A stretch of 64,000 nt of DNA, taken from Macrostomum hystrix (taxonomy: Eukaryota; Animalia; Platyhelminthes). This document shows, piece after piece, positions 60,865 to 64,000 of this stretch. Positions within the stretch are counted from its first letter, which is position 1. The number at the start of each line of letters is the position of its first letter. The stretch covers positions 8,370,001 to 8,434,000 of the forward strand of contig CATNEN010000007.1 in the NCBI GenBank assembly GCA_950097015.1, written 5' to 3'. A model generated the notes under the pieces. The model made no database searches and had not been told where the DNA came from. It saw nothing but the letters and a program-made list of their open reading frames with translations. A program made the translations under genes and the position numbers.

Positions 60865-62207
60865 GCTAATACCATCCTAGCTGTGTATCCTTCTTGCTTC
60901 GATTCTACCGTGTCTCTGGCTACGATTCTAGCTTCTCCTCTTGATAGGATTCCAGCCCTATCTTGCTTCGATTCTACCGTGTCTCTGGCTACGATTCTAG
61001 CTTCTCCTCTTGATAGGATTCCAGCCCTATCTTGCTTCGATTCTACCGTGTCTCTAGCTACGATTCTAGCTTCTCTTCTTGATATGATTCCAGCCCTATC
61101 TTGCTTCGATTCTACCGTGTCTCTAGCTACGATTCTAGCTTCTCCTCTTGATAGGATTCCAGCCCAATCTTGCTTCGATTCTATCGTGTTTCTGGCTACG
61201 ATTCTAGCTTCTCCACTTGATAGGATTCCAGCCCAATCTTGCTTCGATTCTACCGTGTCTCTAGCTACGATTCTAGCTTCTCCTCTTGATAGGATTCCAG
61301 GCCAATCTTGCTTCGATTCTACCGTGTCTCTAGCTACGATTCTAGCTTCTCCTCTTGATAGGATTCCAGCCCTATCTTGCTTCGATTCTACCGTGTCTCT
61401 AGCTACGATTCTAGCTTCTCTTCTTGATATGATTCCAGCCCTATCTTGCTTCGATTCTACCGTGTCTCTAGCTACGATTCTAGCTTCTCCTCTTGATAGG
61501 ATTCCAGCCCAATCTTGCTTCGATTCTATCGTGTTTCTGGCTACGATTCTAGCTTCTCCACTTGATAGGATTCCAGCCCAATCTTGCTTCGATTCTACCG
61601 TGTCTCTAGCTACGATTCTAGCTTCTCCTCTTGATAGGATTCCAGGCCAATCTTGCTTCGATTCTACCGTGTCTCTAGCTACGATTCTAGCTTCTCCTCT
61701 TGATAGGATTCCAGGCCAATCTTGCTTCGATTCTACCGTGTCTCTAGCTACGATTCTAGCTTCTCCTCTTGATAGGATTCCAGCCCTATCTTGCTTCGAT
61801 TCTACCGTGTCTCTAGCTACGATTCTAGCTTCTCCTCTTGATAGGATTCCAGCCCTATCTTGCTTCGATTCTACCGTGTCTCTAGCTACGATTCTAGCTT
61901 CTCCTCTTGATATGATTCCAGCCCTATCTTGCTTCGATTCTACCGTGTCTCTAGCTACGATTCTAGCTTCTCCTCTTGATAGGATTCCAGCCCTATCTTG
62001 CTTCGATTCTACCGTGTCTCTAGCTACGATTCTAGCTTCTCCTCTTGATAGGATTCCAGCCCTATCTTGCTTCGATTCTACCGTGTCTCTAGCTACGATT
62101 CTAGCTTCTCCTCTTGATATGATTCCAGCCCTATCTTGCTTCGATTCTACCGTGTCTCTAGCTACGATTCTAGCTTCTCCTCTTGATAGGATTCCAGCCC
62201 TATCTTG
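60865..62207. repeat. 69-bp minisatellite (TCTTGCTTCGATTCTACCGTGTCTCTAGCTACGATTCTAGCTTCTCCTCTTGATAGGATTCCAGCCCTA), ~19 copies
   Basis: Period 69 (60892, 60961 and onward), built from three ~23-bp GATTC sub-units. Confidence 0.95.
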
Positions 62208-62550
62208 GAATCTTACAATTCAATACAATACAATACAATATAATATTCAGCAGTGCCTGGATGATTCGTACTTCTCAGAATTAAAAGTCATGAAGAGCAG
62301 TCACACAATGCACTAAAATCAGCACTTAAAAAGCTTTGAAACTTGTTTCTAACGTATGTTGAATGAAATTGTTTTTAAAATATCGATGTTTTCTAAATGG
62401 GAGAAAACATAAATTAAGATTACATTTTTGTATTCATGCTAGTTTGCGCACAAAGACACTGGAAGCTTCTACGAGTAACATACGCGATGAGCATGTCAGC
62501 ACCAAATATTAGCGGGAAACCGATTTCGCTACTTGTAAGCATCGAGATGC

Positions 62551-62904
62551 TCAATGAGTGGAGACGCCTCGGGACCGAGTGTCAGCCGCTGGGCCCTCCT
62601 CGTCCGACTGGAACACATCTGAGAGCGCGATGGAGCTCGGCCTGCTGAACGAGACGCTGCCAGGCTGCGAGGCTGCCTCGACCTCTGCCGCCGCCGCTGC
62701 TGCCTCCGCTGCTGCTGCCGTCGCTGCTGCTGCTGCTGTTGCTGCAGTTACGACGCTCGACGATGAAGTCCCGGTTGTCAGCAAATTCGTTGTGGCATCG
62801 CTGGTGAATTGGACTCCGGAGCCGGATGCAGTCGTGACAGCTGTGCTCTGCAGCCAGCGGCTCACAGGATCCTCAGCCAGCTGGGCCATGGTCGCTGCTG
62901 CCAT
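62551..62904 (-). CDS. Possible short Ala/Ser/Thr-rich ORF or coding exon of unknown function (~117 aa)
   Basis: GC-rich with coding-like composition (MAAATMAQLAEDPVSRWLQS...poly-Ala...SDVFQSDEEG). No recognisable family; the opposite strand is also open. Confidence 0.3.
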   Translation of the reverse strand: MAAATMAQLAEDPVSRWLQSTAVTTASGSGVQFTSDATTNLLTTGTSSSSVVTAATAAAAATAAAAEAAAAAAEVEAASQPGSVSFSRPSSIALSDVFQSDEEGPAADTRSRGVSTH

Positions 62905-64000
62905 CGCTGTCAACTCGCTGCTGTTGCAGTCGCGGCGGTCAGCGGTTGTTGGAGCTGGCCGAGGACAATAAGAGTTGGAATCTCCTTCGGTCTGACAGCC
63001 GACTGACACTCGAGCTGGAAGCATTGCTTAGCAGTCTGCAGTGTCTGTCCGAGTGCTGTGGCTGCTTGCTGTCGTTTTTTATCCCGAAAATTTCGCGCCG
63101 GTTTGTTCTTCAGTTCCTTAACTGGATTCCGCAGCCTTCGTAGAAGCGCGTTTTACTCCAATTTCTACTTTCCCTAGCCGACACAGTGTACAGGTTGCGG
63201 GAGGCGCGCAAAGCCTAATCTGCCCTACCACTGCACCCCTGATTTGACTTGCGCGCATTCGCTGGGTCCGCGAACCATTTTATCATTCCTGGCTGAACCC
63301 ATCTATGCATTCATGAATCTTCTTTTTTACCAGATAGCAACTGCGCCTGCCTCAGCATTTTTTGTTAGGGGCGAAGCGCCACTATCAGTTTCAGTTGAAA
63401 TGGCGCGGGCGTGAGTCACAGAAATTCTTCCCCCATCTGATTAAGGGAAGGAGAGAAAATTAATCGGTCTCCCAATTTCACACTGGACGCCCCTGTGCAC
63501 GCCTGCTCGCACGGAACCTATCTATCGCAAGATTATTTAACTGCAATTGATGCGCGATAGTCGATGGACTGATTCTTCCAGGAATACCTAAATTTATTCA
63601 TCCAAAGTTTAAGGACCGCTGTCGAAGTATTCCTACAGTCGCAGCAGCATTCTAGCTTGAACCCGAAAAAAACTTCGTATTGAACCATATCGATCTGAGC
63701 TTCTACATTAAGTTAAATAATTTCGGCTTTTTCTGCTAATCATCATTTTCATTAGAAATTTTTGTTAGTGGATTATCGTTTTATATTAAAAGCGAAAAAT
63801 CGAATTAGCTCGAATGCATCTCAATTTCAGTGCCGAATATAGTTTTTTTGGGTCTATACCTTATATTGTTGGAAACAATCGGCTCTTGTTTGCATACGTG
63901 TGTCCGTGGACTGCAGTGAACGATCAGTACTCTTAGTATACACAGGACATAGCATCTTAGAAAAATTGTCTAAGAACTGCAGAATAGAGTCTATAGGCAT

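Noticed and set aside
60841-62316. 491-aa ORF of 23-aa repeats
   Set aside because: A 69-bp minisatellite related to non-coding GATTCT arrays elsewhere in the window. Many unit variants are non-synonymous and there is almost no unique sequence.

Overview
Eukaryotic (animal) genomic DNA with GC-rich exons, GT-AG introns and a very high density of 12-69 bp minisatellites. The style suggests a free-living flatworm such as Macrostomum (inference, not verified). Minus-strand genes: a two-exon neuropeptide precursor (signal peptide plus 17 KR-flanked [A/V]RGFL-G units, predicting ARGFLamide), MGST3, a highly diverged Nop52/RRP1-like gene and, next to it, a canonical intronless RRP1. After an AT-rich gene-free stretch (~26-34 kb), plus-strand genes: HACD3, a YPEL/yippee gene, SLC25A44, a SIRT5-type sirtuin, an orphan 18-aa-repeat protein with an N-terminal CCC motif, and a secreted PAN/apple-like plus ALK/LTK-type glycine-rich protein. 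Mobile DNA: three copies of a hAT-type MITE with perfect 8-bp TSDs and two tRNA-derived SINE families (one CORE-like, one with a 15-bp TSD). Most of the very long ORFs in the ORF track are artefacts of tandem repeats. The most interesting items are the ARGFLamide precursor, the degenerate tandem Nop52 paralog, the kinase-less ALK-like secreted protein and the orphan repeat protein. All splice models were derived by hand and are unconfirmed.
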